In this document: positions 27,123-36,910 of the stretch, one piece after another
Numbering within the stretch: position 1 is the first letter of the stretch
How the letters are laid out: each line of letters begins with the position of its first letter
Origin: Verrucomicrobiaceae bacterium
Lineage (GTDB): Bacteria > Pseudomonadota > Gammaproteobacteria > Pseudomonadales > CAMLJR01
Length of the DNA stretch: 64,000 bases
Direction of reading: 5' to 3'
NCBI GenBank assembly: GCA_028293825.1
Contig: JAQGNY010000010.1
Coordinates: 384,008 to 448,007, forward strand
The notes under the pieces: model-generated
Told to the model about the DNA's origin: nothing
The model's input: only the letters and a program-made list of their open reading frames with translations
Databases searched by the model: none
Position numbers and translations under genes: made by a program

Positions 27123-29285
27123 ATGACACGCGAACAGAGTGCGACACCGTCGAAGCATGTGAAGTCTTTCTGCAGATTCTGCGGCGCCAGCTGTGGAACC
27201 GAGATGCAGATCGAGAACAACCGGATTGTTTCCATTCACGGCGACAAGGACCAGGCGATTGGCGAAGGCTATATGTGCTTCAAGGGGTTGCAGGCCGAAG
27301 CGGCACATCACGGTCCACAGCGTCTACTTCGTTCGCTGAAGCGGGGCGCAGACGGCGATCTCGCACCGGTGCCGCTGACGGACGCGCTCGACAAAATTGC
27401 CGTGAAGATCGGCGCCATAATCGATCGCCACGGGCCTCGCTCGGTAGCCGTGCTTGAAGGCGGAGGGTGTTATCTCACGTCGACAGCGCACGCCATGTAT
27501 CGCAGCTTCCTCGCGGCGGTCGGATCGGATCAAATTTTTACAGTCAATACGATCGACCAGTCGGGCCGAATGGTTGCGGTCGAGCGGATGGGTGTATGGC
27601 CCGCAGGATGTCAGCATCTCGATACATCCGATGTAATCCTCATCGTCGGTACAAACCCCCTCGTCGCTCATACGACGCCCGAATTCCTGACGACCAATCC
27701 TACGCGGCGGATCAAACAGGCAAAGGCGCGTGGCACCAAGATAATCTGTATTGACCCGAGACGCTGCGAGACGGCGCGCTACGCCGATCTGCATCTGCAG
27801 CCGTTACCGGGCGCCGATGGGTTGATACTCGGTGGGCTTATTCGCATCGTGCTTGCCGAAGGGTGGCACGACATCGAGTTCTGCCAACGCCATGTCGGAA
27901 CCGAGCGTCTCGACGATCTTGTCTCCGCCGTGCAGCCGTTCACCGAGGCGTTTGTCGCCGAGCGCGCCGGCCTTGCGCCCGGTCAGTTGCGCGCTGCGGC
28001 GGCGATGTTCGCGCGCGACGGCAAACGTGGGTCGGTTTTCACCGGCACTGGCACAGGCATGGGACCGTTCTCGAATCTAGCCCTTCACTTCGCACAAGCG
28101 CTCAACGTCATCTGCGGGCGATTCACCCGCGCGGGTGAGATGGCGGTGATCAGCCCGCAACAATCGGCTTATCCGCTGTATGCCGATGTTTATCCCGCAA
28201 CACGCTCCTGGGATGGCAAGCCGCCCAGCCGAACGAGAGGCGTTCGCCATCTGCTGGGCGAAAGGCTGACCGCGACATTGGCTGACGAAATTCTCGAACC
28301 CGGCCCTGAGAAGATCCGCGTGCTGATCGTCGACGGCGCCAATGCGGCCCAATGTGTTCCCGATCAGTTGCGCATGGTGGCAGCGCTTAAAGACCTTGAT
28401 CTTCTGGTCGTGATCGACCCGACGTTAACCATAACCGGCCAACTTGCCGATTACGTCATCGCGCCGACCATGTATTTCGAGCGGCCGGATTTGCCAATCG
28501 AATATTCGCAGCTCTTTCACAAGACGTTCCTGCAATATACGTCAGCGGTGCTTGATCCCCCGGCGGGATCCGAATTGATTGATGGCGCGCTTTTCTACTG
28601 GCATTTAGCCGCTCGGCTTGACCTTCAGCTCGACTTCAAAGGGGTGGCACTCGATATGTCCACGCCGCCCTCGGTAGACGACCTTATTGCCATCATGATG
28701 CGAAATGCATCGGTGTCGCTCGAAGAGCTCAAACAATATCCTTCCGGCCGGGAATTTAACCTTGCGCATGCCGTGGTGCTGCCGCCACCGGCGGATCAGA
28801 CGAACCGTTTCGACGTAATGCCCGCGGATGTCCAAGTGGAATGTCAAAAACTGCTGGAGCATGAGAAAGTATCGCGCCTTGGCGCGGGGTTTACCCATTT
28901 GCTGTCCAGCCGGCGCATGCGTGACTTCCATAACAGCACCGGCACCCAGATCGGCGCGGTCCTCAAGCGGTCGCCATACAATCCTGCGTTCCTGCACCCG
29001 GACGATTTAACCGACCTTGGTCTGCAGGACGGCGATCACATCAGGATCACATCCGAACATGGCTCAGTCGAAGCCATCGCCGCGCCGGACCCCGACCTGA
29101 GGCGGGGAGTGATGAATCTTTCGCACGGATGGGGAGGGTTGCCCAGCGAAAGCGAGGGTCGCGGCAGTTCGGTCAACCTGCTCACCAACGCCGTTGCACG
29201 GTACGAGTCCGTCAATGCGATGCCGTGGATATCCGCAATGCCCGTACGAGTTGAGCCATGCGGCGCTAAGCTCGCGGCGGTTTAG
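27123..29285 (+). CDS. molybdopterin-dependent oxidoreductase (MopB/DMSO-reductase superfamily), no Tat signal
   Basis: N-terminal Fe-S motif 'CRFCGASCGTEMQIENNRIVSIHGDKDQAIGEGYMCFKG' (C-x2-C-x3-C...C), plus a C-terminal molybdopterin dinucleotide-binding domain. The start is 27123 or 27081. Confidence 0.85.
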   Translation: MTREQSATPSKHVKSFCRFCGASCGTEMQIENNRIVSIHGDKDQAIGEGYMCFKGLQAEAAHHGPQRLLRSLKRGADGDLAPVPLTDALDKIAVKIGAIIDRHGPRSVAVLEGGGCYLTSTAHAMYRSFLAAVGSDQIFTVNTIDQSGRMVAVERMGVWPAGCQHLDTSDVILIVGTNPLVAHTTPEFLTTNPTRRIKQAKARGTKIICIDPRRCETARYADLHLQPLPGADGLILGGLIRIVLAEGWHDIEFCQRHVGTERLDDLVSAVQPFTEAFVAERAGLAPGQLRAAAAMFARDGKRGSVFTGTGTGMGPFSNLALHFAQALNVICGRFTRAGEMAVISPQQSAYPLYADVYPATRSWDGKPPSRTRGVRHLLGERLTATLADEILEPGPEKIRVLIVDGANAAQCVPDQLRMVAALKDLDLLVVIDPTLTITGQLADYVIAPTMYFERPDLPIEYSQLFHKTFLQYTSAVLDPPAGSELIDGALFYWHLAARLDLQLDFKGVALDMSTPPSVDDLIAIMMRNASVSLEELKQYPSGREFNLAHAVVLPPPADQTNRFDVMPADVQVECQKLLEHEKVSRLGAGFTHLLSSRRMRDFHNSTGTQIGAVLKRSPYNPAFLHPDDLTDLGLQDGDHIRITSEHGSVEAIAAPDPDLRRGVMNLSHGWGGLPSESEGRGSSVNLLTNAVARYESVNAMPWISAMPVRVEPCGAKLAAV

Positions 29286-29396
29286 CGCGAAGCGTGGTAG
29301 GCTCCGGCTCCGCCCTGAGCGGCGCCGCAGTTAAACGAAATAGTCAGTCCGACACTTGCCGGCGCTGCGAAGGAAAAATCACCGAAATAACAGGAA

Positions 29397-30785
29397 ATGG
29401 TCATGGGTTCGAATGAAACTGTAAGCAACCGCTACGACGAGGCGGGGTTGGAGCGGATCAAAGCACTGGTGGAAAAAGCCACCGGCGGCAAAATCGTACG
29501 GCTTGAACAGCAGGTGCGTTGGCGTCCGGCCTGGTTCGCCGACGTCGAGATCGACGGACGAATATTACCCGTGCACTTGCGCGGCAACCGCGTTGGCGAC
29601 GTGGCCATCTTCCCCGACCTGAAACGCGAAGCGGATATTATCGACGTGCTCCACGCGGGCGGCGTCCCGGTGCCACGCATCTACGGCTACTGCGCCGACC
29701 CGGAATGCATCGTCATGGACACGCTGCCCGGTACTCGCGATGTGTATGCCGCGACCAATTCGGACGATCAGCGCAAGGAAATCGGCCGCGCGCTGATGAG
29801 TGGGTTGGCTGTCATGCACCGGTTGCCGACTGAACCGTTCGCCGCCATCGGGCTCGACATTCCAGAAACCGCGCAGGATATCGCGCTGGCCGGGCTGCAC
29901 GCCTATATGCCGCTGTACCGTCGCACTAAGAGCAAGCCAGAGCCGTTGCTGGAATTCGTCATCCGCTGGCTGGAACGGAACTATCCCAAGCAGCGCACCC
30001 GCGCTAGTTTCGTCCAATTCGACTGCGGCCAGTTTCTGGTCGAAGACGGCCGCATGACCGGCTTCTACGACTTCGAGTTCGGCCTGATTAGCGATGCGCA
30101 TATGGATCTGGCGACGCTGGCGATGCGCGATAGCGTCGAGCCGATGGGCCGGCCGCTGCCGGAATTGTTCCGCTACTACGAGGAAGCGAGCGGCGAGCCT
30201 GTCGACCACGACATAGTGCAATATTACGTCGCGCAGTTCGCAACGCTGGGCACGATGCAGTTTGCCGGCACGGTCGGCAAACCCAACCCCGGCGACCCGC
30301 ACGCTGTATATCTGTCGTGGGATCTGTCGCTGCGCAAGGTCATTCTGTTCGCGATGTCGAAATTACTGAAAGTGGCTCTGCCCGATGCCGACGCCACGCC
30401 GATCGTACCCACGGCAGGCAAGAGCGGTACCGCCATCGCCGCACTGGTCGACACCATCCGGCAAGTGCACGGCGCTGCCCCGATCGACACCAATACGCTG
30501 GAGCAGGCGCTGGAACTGGCCGAATGGATCGAGAGGGACGACCGCTATGGCGATGAACTGCGCGCCCGGGATCTGGCTGACATCAATGCCTATCTGAAAG
30601 CAGAGTTCGCCAGCATCGACGATGCGCTGCCGGCGCTGGAGCGCCACGTACAGCAGGCTCCTGCCGAAGAAGACCTACCGCTGTTCAAGTTGCTCGCTAC
30701 AGTAGAACGGCGGCGGCATGCGGTATTCGAACCGATCAAGATCGGCTTCCACTTGCGGCATGTCGTTCCCCTCGAAACCCGCTGA
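29397..30785 (+). CDS. phosphotransferase (APH/choline-kinase-like) family protein
   Basis: 462 aa with kinase-like blocks 'IVRLEQQVRWRPAWFADVEIDGR...', 'VQFDCGQFLVEDGRMTGFYDFEFGLISDAHMDLA'. An alternative start is ATG 29403. Confidence 0.7.
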   Translation: MVMGSNETVSNRYDEAGLERIKALVEKATGGKIVRLEQQVRWRPAWFADVEIDGRILPVHLRGNRVGDVAIFPDLKREADIIDVLHAGGVPVPRIYGYCADPECIVMDTLPGTRDVYAATNSDDQRKEIGRALMSGLAVMHRLPTEPFAAIGLDIPETAQDIALAGLHAYMPLYRRTKSKPEPLLEFVIRWLERNYPKQRTRASFVQFDCGQFLVEDGRMTGFYDFEFGLISDAHMDLATLAMRDSVEPMGRPLPELFRYYEEASGEPVDHDIVQYYVAQFATLGTMQFAGTVGKPNPGDPHAVYLSWDLSLRKVILFAMSKLLKVALPDADATPIVPTAGKSGTAIAALVDTIRQVHGAAPIDTNTLEQALELAEWIERDDRYGDELRARDLADINAYLKAEFASIDDALPALERHVQQAPAEEDLPLFKLLATVERRRHAVFEPIKIGFHLRHVVPLETR

Positions 30786-30883
30786 TCGCAGCTGGCCGGG
30801 AGTACCAAAGTACCCCGGCCGTTGCCTTTCCAAAAGCGTCGCTTTTCCAACGTCTTTTCCAAAAATGCACGAGGAGATCATCC

Positions 30884-31231
30884 ATGTCTGAACTATCCAA
30901 ACAAGACATCGAGCAGTTCATCACCAACCAGTACCAATTGTGGAGTGAAAACCGGGTCGACGAGATGATGGCTCTGATCCGCGCCATCGCGCCGAATGGA
31001 TTTACGATTGAATACATCGGTGCGCCCCCGATCGAGGGAGAGAAGGCCATGGCCGAGATGATCGCGAACTACGCAGGTAAGATTCGGACACAGTTAGTCC
31101 GACTGCTGATCAACGGCAATGAGGCCGCCGCGGTAATAGACAATGTCCGCAACGAAAGCGGCGAAGTAAAACCAAGCGTCGAGACTTATGTGTTCGAAAA
31201 CGGCCGGATGCACGCTCGCTACTATCATTGA
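30884..31231 (+). CDS. SnoaL-like / NTF2-fold protein
   Basis: 115 aa. 'IEQFITNQYQLWSENRVDEMMALI...' shows the size and pattern of nuclear transport factor 2 family proteins. GAGGAG lies upstream. Confidence 0.6.
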   Translation: MSELSKQDIEQFITNQYQLWSENRVDEMMALIRAIAPNGFTIEYIGAPPIEGEKAMAEMIANYAGKIRTQLVRLLINGNEAAAVIDNVRNESGEVKPSVETYVFENGRMHARYYH

Positions 31232-31549
31232 GTTTCCATTGCTCAGTAGAAAGCACGGTGGAATCGGTAGTAGCTGTCGAAGCCGCTAGTCGCGGTCATC
31301 TTGACCGGCTCGCGCTGGGAAAGTCTGGACGCCGGTTTATGCTTAAGGTCCTAAGTGGGCCGATTTTGCGGTAATCAATAGACCGCTTCCGTCCCACACA
31401 CACTTTGATTAAGACTTAATAGCCGCGCCGGTGGTTTCGAAAGATGCGTCGCGGGTGAATCTGGACTATCGTCGCGCTTAAATGGGAGTGCGCATTTCCG
31501 CTGTCGATGACAGTGCGCGAAAAAAAACGTTAAAAAGCCAGGAGCTGAA

Positions 31550-32740
31550 ATGATTCATAGCGAAGTCGCGCGGGCGGAAAAGCCGCTCACGGTGCAATCA
31601 GAGCTTGCCGAAGCTGAGGCCTTTACCGGTCTCAAAGATTGGGGAAGCGATCTCGCGTTTCTCGAGGGGCTTAGCATCTTGATCGACGCCATCGAAGATA
31701 TGAAGCCGACCGTGGAATTCCGCACTACGACAAAGGGCCGCATTCAACATGTATTGCGGACGCGTCTGCACCTGCGTGAAGACGAGCGCAATCATCCCGA
31801 AATTACCGCTGCGGACATTAAAAAGGTCCTCGTAGTTACGGGCCTGCCGCGTTCTGGCACCACCGTCACATTCGATCTTCTGGCGCAAGATCCAGCCAAC
31901 CGCTGGCCGCGCGAATGGGAAACTTATGCGCCCTGGCCGGCGCCCGAGCTTGCCACTATCGACACCGATCCACGCATTGACGTCTTGAATAACCTGTTCA
32001 AGCATCTATTGGAAGTGGCGCCGGAATTTGCCACGGTACAACGCTTGGATTGCCGGCAGCCCGGCGAATGCAATCACATCATGATGATGAACTTCGACGG
32101 CACTGATTGGTGGGCCGAAATGGGGGTGCCCAAGCACCTTGCATGGTCCAGTTCACAGCCGTCCGAGGGCATGTATCGCTCGCACAAACGGGTGTTGCAG
32201 CAGTTGCAATGGAAGGGCGGAACCGGGCGCTGGCTGATCAAGGCGCCGCAGCATATGTTCGATCTGCCCGGCCTGATTAAAAGCTATCCCGAAGCGGATA
32301 TCGTTTGGACCCACCGCGACCCGATTTCCACAGTCTCGTCACTGTCCAGCATGGTGTCGATGCTGCAAAAGGCATTCGGAGCGCCGGTCGATTTGAAGCG
32401 TATCGGCGCGGAAATCAGCGACGTCTGGATTACCGGCGTGCTGCGCGGCATGGAGTCACGCGAAGCCAATCCCGACATCGAACGCCGCATAATCGATATC
32501 CCTCATCGCGATGTGATCAAGCAGCCGGCTGCGGTGGTACGCCGCATTTACGACAAGTTCGGCCTGCCGTTCACTGACGATTTGCAGCGTCGTATCGATA
32601 CCTTTATCAATGAAAGCGACAACGCGCAGCGGCTCGGCAAACACAGCCACCACCCAGCGGAATTTGGGATCGACCCGGATCAGGTGCGTGAACGTCTCGC
32701 TCCCTATTACAAACGCTTCGGCGATCTATTGACCTATTGA
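31550..32740 (+). CDS. sulfotransferase family protein
   Basis: 396 aa. It has 'VVTGLPRSGTTVTFDLL' (5'-PSB), 'WTHRDPISTVSSLSS' (3'-PB) and 'LQWKGGTGRWLIKAPQH'. AGGAG lies upstream. Confidence 0.8.
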   Translation: MIHSEVARAEKPLTVQSELAEAEAFTGLKDWGSDLAFLEGLSILIDAIEDMKPTVEFRTTTKGRIQHVLRTRLHLREDERNHPEITAADIKKVLVVTGLPRSGTTVTFDLLAQDPANRWPREWETYAPWPAPELATIDTDPRIDVLNNLFKHLLEVAPEFATVQRLDCRQPGECNHIMMMNFDGTDWWAEMGVPKHLAWSSSQPSEGMYRSHKRVLQQLQWKGGTGRWLIKAPQHMFDLPGLIKSYPEADIVWTHRDPISTVSSLSSMVSMLQKAFGAPVDLKRIGAEISDVWITGVLRGMESREANPDIERRIIDIPHRDVIKQPAAVVRRIYDKFGLPFTDDLQRRIDTFINESDNAQRLGKHSHHPAEFGIDPDQVRERLAPYYKRFGDLLTY

Positions 32741-33311
32741 TTAGCTGTCGTGCGATCTTTGCTCATGATCGATTTCCACCAATGGGCGCGCTGCAGTCCT
32801 GAGCCTAGTCGGCATACGTGGAACGGGCGCTAAGTTATTCAGCTTAGTGCCCGCCTCGCAATATCCTCTCGACCCCGTGCGGTTTTCAATGCGGTGGGCC
32901 GTCTATCTGAAACCGTTTCGGGTGGTGAGGTTGAGATAAGGTAGATATTAATCGCCTCAAATATCCCAAAGTTTTCGATGAACGAAGCAGCATCTGTTCT
33001 AGGGATGAGTAATTCGTTTCAATTCATGAGTACGCATAGTCGACCCCTATTGCCAGTTGCGACTCCATGCAAGCTGCTCATTGCAGACACTCAAAAGGTT
33101 GATCGAAGTTGCCTCTTGTACGGGCGAGTTCGGTATCGCGTACAACGCCACATTAACGGACATTGGTTACTGCGGAGTGCTTGCTGCACAGAGGTAGCGT
33201 GGCGCTAGTCGGCGACGATTGCTTAAAAGCACAAGCCGGCTGAAAAACCCGGATAATAGCGGCCAAATTGTTTTGCTAGCTATTGTGGCTTGTTATTTTT
33301 GGAAACGCTCA

Positions 33312-35543
33312 ATGGAAATCAAGGTTAACTTTCTCGACAACCTTCGTCTTGAAGCCAAGTTCGATGACTTCACGGTGGTGTCAGATCAACCCATCCGCTA
33401 CAAGGGCGATGGCTCGGCTCCCGGTCCGTTCGATTACTTTCTTGCTTCATCGGCTTTGTGTGCGGCTTACTTTGTGAAGTTGTACTGCGCAACCCGCAAT
33501 ATCCCCACCGACAATATTCGCCTGTCGCAAAACAACATTGTTGATCCGGAAAATCGCTACAAACAGATTTTTAAAATTCAGGTCGAATTGCCGGCGGATA
33601 TCTCGGCCAAAGATCGCCAAGGAATTTTGCGCTCCATCGACCGCTGTACGGTGAAAAAAGTCGTACAAGCGGGCCCTGAATTTGTTATCGAAGATGTCGA
33701 AAATTTAGATGCCGATGCACAGGCATTGCTGATGCCTTCTTCTAATTCAGGGGTGGTGTCTGAGACTAGCACCTATATTGCGGGCAAGGATCTGCCGCTG
33801 GAACAAACCATCGCCACTATGTCGGGAATTTTGGCCGGCTTGGGCATGAAGATTGAAATCGCTTCGTGGCGCAATATCGTTCCTAATGTCTGGTCGCTGC
33901 ATATTCGCGATGCGCATTCACCGATGTGTTTTACCAATGGCAAAGGCGCCACCAAAGAAGGCGCCTTAGCGTCGGCGTTAGGCGAATTTATCGAGCGGTT
34001 GAATTGCAACTTTTTCTACAACGATCAGTTTTGGGGGGAGGACATCGCCAACGCGGCGTTTGTGCATTACCCGAACGAGCGCTGGTTTCAGCCGGGATCC
34101 AACGATGCATTGCCGGCTGAAATTCTCGACGAATATTGCCTGAATATTTATAACCCCGATGGCGCGTTGCTTGGCTCGCATTTGTACGACACCAATTCCG
34201 GCAATGTGCAACGCGGTATCTGTTCGCTGCCGTATGTGCGCCAGTCGGACGGCGAGGTGGTGTATTTCCCGTCGAACCTGATTGAAAACCTATTCCTCAG
34301 TAATGGCATGAGTGCCGGCAATACGCTGGCCGAAGCACAGGTGCAGTGCCTATCGGAAATTTTCGAGCGCGCGGTAAAGCGCGAAATTCTGGAAGGTGAA
34401 ATCGCACTGCCGGATGTGCCGCAAAAAGTGCTCGCGAAATACCCCGGTATTCTGGCCGGCATTGAGGGTTTGGAAGAGCAGGGCTTTCCGGTGCTGGTGA
34501 AGGATGCGTCGCTCGGCGGGGTGTACCCAGTGATGTGCGTTACCTTGATGAACCCGCGCACTGGCGGTGTGTTTGCTTCGTTCGGGGCGAATCCAAGTTT
34601 TGAGGTCGCACTGGAACGCAGTCTTACGGAATTGCTGCAGGGCCGCAGTTTTGAAGGCCTGAACGATTTACCTCAGCCTACTTTTCAAAGTGAGGCCGTT
34701 ACTGAGCCGAATAATTTCGTCGAACACTTTATTGATTCGAGCGGTGTGGTGTCGTGGCGCTTCTTCAGTGCCAAAGCCGATTTCGATTTTGTTGAGTGGG
34801 ACTTTACTAGTAACAGCGAGTCCGGCCAGGTCGAAAACTCCAATGCCGAAGAAGCCGCGACGCTGTTCGGAATTCTCGAAGACATGGGCAAAGAAATTTA
34901 CATGGCGGTGTATGAGCATTTAGGCGCACCGGCCTGCCGCATTTTGGTTCCGGATTATTCGGAGATTTATCCGTTGGAGGATTTGATCTGGGATAACACC
35001 AACAAAGCACTGTCGTTCCGCGCCGATATTTTGAACTTGCATCGCCTCGACGACGCCAGCCTGGAAGCATTGGTTGAGCGTTTAGAAGACAGTGAACTGG
35101 ATGATTACACCGACATACCCACATTGATCGGCATCGAATTTGACGACAATACAGCCTGGGGTCAGTTAACGATTCTGGAGCTAAAGCTGCTGATCAATCT
35201 CGCCTTGCAGAAATTTGAAGCGGCGAAAGAACTGGTGGAAACGTTCCTTCAATTTAACGACAACACCGCCGAGCGCGGATTGTTTTATCAGGCATTAAAT
35301 GTGGTGTTGGAGGCGCTGCTGGATGATGACCTGGAACTGGACGACTATGCGGTTAATTTCCGCCGCATGTTTGGCAACTCGCGGATGGACGCGGTGATGG
35401 GTTCAGTGGACGGCAGCGTGCGCTTCTTCGGTTTAACACCTACGAGCATGAAATTGGAAGGGCTCGATAGACACCAGCGTCTAATCGACAGCTACAAAAA
35501 ACTGCACACAGCGCGGACTAATGTGGCGGCTTTATCCAGTTAG
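33312..35543 (+). CDS. ycaO: OsmC domain / YcaO domain fusion protein
   Basis: The N-terminal ~140 aa are OsmC-like ('GSAPGPFDYFLASSALCAAYFVKLYC...SIDRCTVKKVV'). An E. coli-type YcaO body follows ('FTNGKGATKEGALASALGEFIERLNCNFF', 'NGMSAGNTLAEAQVQCLSEIFERAV'). It ends with a helical C-terminal domain. The start is ATG 33312 (the ORF-track start at 33219 adds a non-homologous leader). Confidence 0.85.
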   Translation: MEIKVNFLDNLRLEAKFDDFTVVSDQPIRYKGDGSAPGPFDYFLASSALCAAYFVKLYCATRNIPTDNIRLSQNNIVDPENRYKQIFKIQVELPADISAKDRQGILRSIDRCTVKKVVQAGPEFVIEDVENLDADAQALLMPSSNSGVVSETSTYIAGKDLPLEQTIATMSGILAGLGMKIEIASWRNIVPNVWSLHIRDAHSPMCFTNGKGATKEGALASALGEFIERLNCNFFYNDQFWGEDIANAAFVHYPNERWFQPGSNDALPAEILDEYCLNIYNPDGALLGSHLYDTNSGNVQRGICSLPYVRQSDGEVVYFPSNLIENLFLSNGMSAGNTLAEAQVQCLSEIFERAVKREILEGEIALPDVPQKVLAKYPGILAGIEGLEEQGFPVLVKDASLGGVYPVMCVTLMNPRTGGVFASFGANPSFEVALERSLTELLQGRSFEGLNDLPQPTFQSEAVTEPNNFVEHFIDSSGVVSWRFFSAKADFDFVEWDFTSNSESGQVENSNAEEAATLFGILEDMGKEIYMAVYEHLGAPACRILVPDYSEIYPLEDLIWDNTNKALSFRADILNLHRLDDASLEALVERLEDSELDDYTDIPTLIGIEFDDNTAWGQLTILELKLLINLALQKFEAAKELVETFLQFNDNTAERGLFYQALNVVLEALLDDDLELDDYAVNFRRMFGNSRMDAVMGSVDGSVRFFGLTPTSMKLEGLDRHQRLIDSYKKLHTARTNVAALSS

Positions 35544-35572
35544 GATCTGTTAAAACCGATGTTGATCGAATT

Positions 35573-35595
35573 CGCGGAAGGGAATCACTTCCGCG
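35573..35595 (+). terminator. hairpin downstream of the OsmC-YcaO gene
   Basis: cgcggaag-ggaatca-cttccgcg, an 8-bp perfect stem 30 nt after the stop. Only an A/T-rich tract follows, not a clean T-run. Confidence 0.35.
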
Positions 35596-35606
35596 CAATT
35601 AAAAAT

Positions 35607-36215
35607 TCAACTCACATGAATATCGGCGGCCAATAATGCATGCAATTTTCCACCTTCACATTTGTAGACTCGATCAGCGCAACTGAAAAAACGGTCATCG
35701 TGACTTATCGCGATGATCGTGTGTCCTCAATCTCGAAGTAGCGGTAACAATTTGCGGTAAAAGAAATCCCGATACGCTGGGTCCTGATCGGCTGCCCATT
35801 CATCTAATAATAAAAATGGTTTTTGCTCTAAGTGAGCAAGCAATAATGCCAAGCGTTTGCGCTGACCCTGCGAGCTTCGTATTGCCAATAATGCCGTTGC
35901 CGATGCTGACCTTATGGTCGAGCTTTAAAACGCCGAGAAAATTATCCACAATTTCCTGAACCCAGGTATTGTCGGGGCCGAGCAGGCGCCGAAAAAGATG
36001 AAAGACCGCAAAGACCGCAGAAAACTGATTGCGATGCCAGGCGCGGTGCGCGTCGTCGTTTTCAAAATTATTCAGCACCACGGAGCCACTGATGGGTCGA
36101 TTCAGGCTCGCGATTAATTTCGCGAGCGTGGATTATCCACTGCCATTACCACCCACTAAAAAAATAATTTCACTCGCTTCGATTTGTAAAGAAATCGGCC
36201 CCAAGCGGAACGCAT
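35607..36215 (-). pseudogene. cyclic-peptide/siderophore-type ABC exporter, ATPase-domain remnant
   Basis: The minus strand reads 'EIIFLVGGNGSG*STLAKLI' (Walker A Lys codon is TAA). After a frameshift it reads '[33 protein letters not shown]' (signature plus Walker B). It then reads 'LLRD*GHTIIAISHDDRFF' (in-frame TGA). The whole transmembrane domain is missing. Confidence 0.75.
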
Positions 36216-36221
36216 AGTCAG

Positions 36222-36696
36222 GACGGCGGGTTTGTGGAGAACGCGGCCAGCTCGAAATTATCGGGTGCGGAGCTGGAGGTTCGTTATTTACCTTTTAGCA
36301 ATACCGAAATTTGGGCAAATTATGGTTACTTAAAAACAGAGTTTCGTAATTATGTCGACAGCGAAGGCACCGACTGTTCCGGCAAAGAGTTTCCTTATTC
36401 AGCCCGTCAAACAGCGGCGGTGGGATTAACGCAGCACTTTGCTGATGGCATTTACTACAGTGAGTCGGCAAGAGTTCGCGGTGGTTACTGCACCGATGAA
36501 ACTAATGAAGTGAAGTTGTCGGGAATAGGCACAGTGAACATGAAACTGGGCTATCTACACAGCAGTGGTTTCGATGTATTCGTGTATGCCGAATAATTTA
36601 TTCGATCGCGATCACGTAACTTATTATCTGCCGAGCAAAGGCTCCAAAATCGGCCAGCCCTTTACGGCAGGCATCACTGGCGAATATCACTTCTAA
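36222..36696 (+). pseudogene. TonB-dependent receptor C-terminal remnant with frameshift
   Basis: 'SSKLSGAELEVRYLPFSNTEIWANYGYLKTEF...' is followed, after a 1-nt shift at the TAA (36594-36596), by 'NLFDRDHVTYYLPSKGSKIGQPFTAGITGEYHF*', a canonical TBDR terminal strand ending in F. It abuts the ABC remnant head-to-head. Confidence 0.7.
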
Positions 36697-36910
36697 TGTG
36701 TAAAGGTGGCAAACAGCCCCTTTTTTTCCTTTTACAAAGCAACTATAAAATTTAACCAGATAAGTGGAATCGGACTTCGCTTTTAGGCCTCAACTACCGC
36801 CGTTACATTTCGTAAAAGTTATTCCTGTGTGTAACGAATTTTTATTTTCGAGTTGGAGTGGGTAAACACTTTGTTGCGTTGAGTATTTGGTGTGCTCTGA
36901 TTTCTCTACG

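Noticed and set aside
32978-33208. 76-aa Cys/Ser/Thr-containing ORF upstream of the OsmC-YcaO gene, considered as a possible RiPP precursor
   Set aside because: It has no SD sequence. The YcaO is the E. coli type, without a cyclodehydratase or TfuA partner or tailoring genes. The ORF composition looks random.
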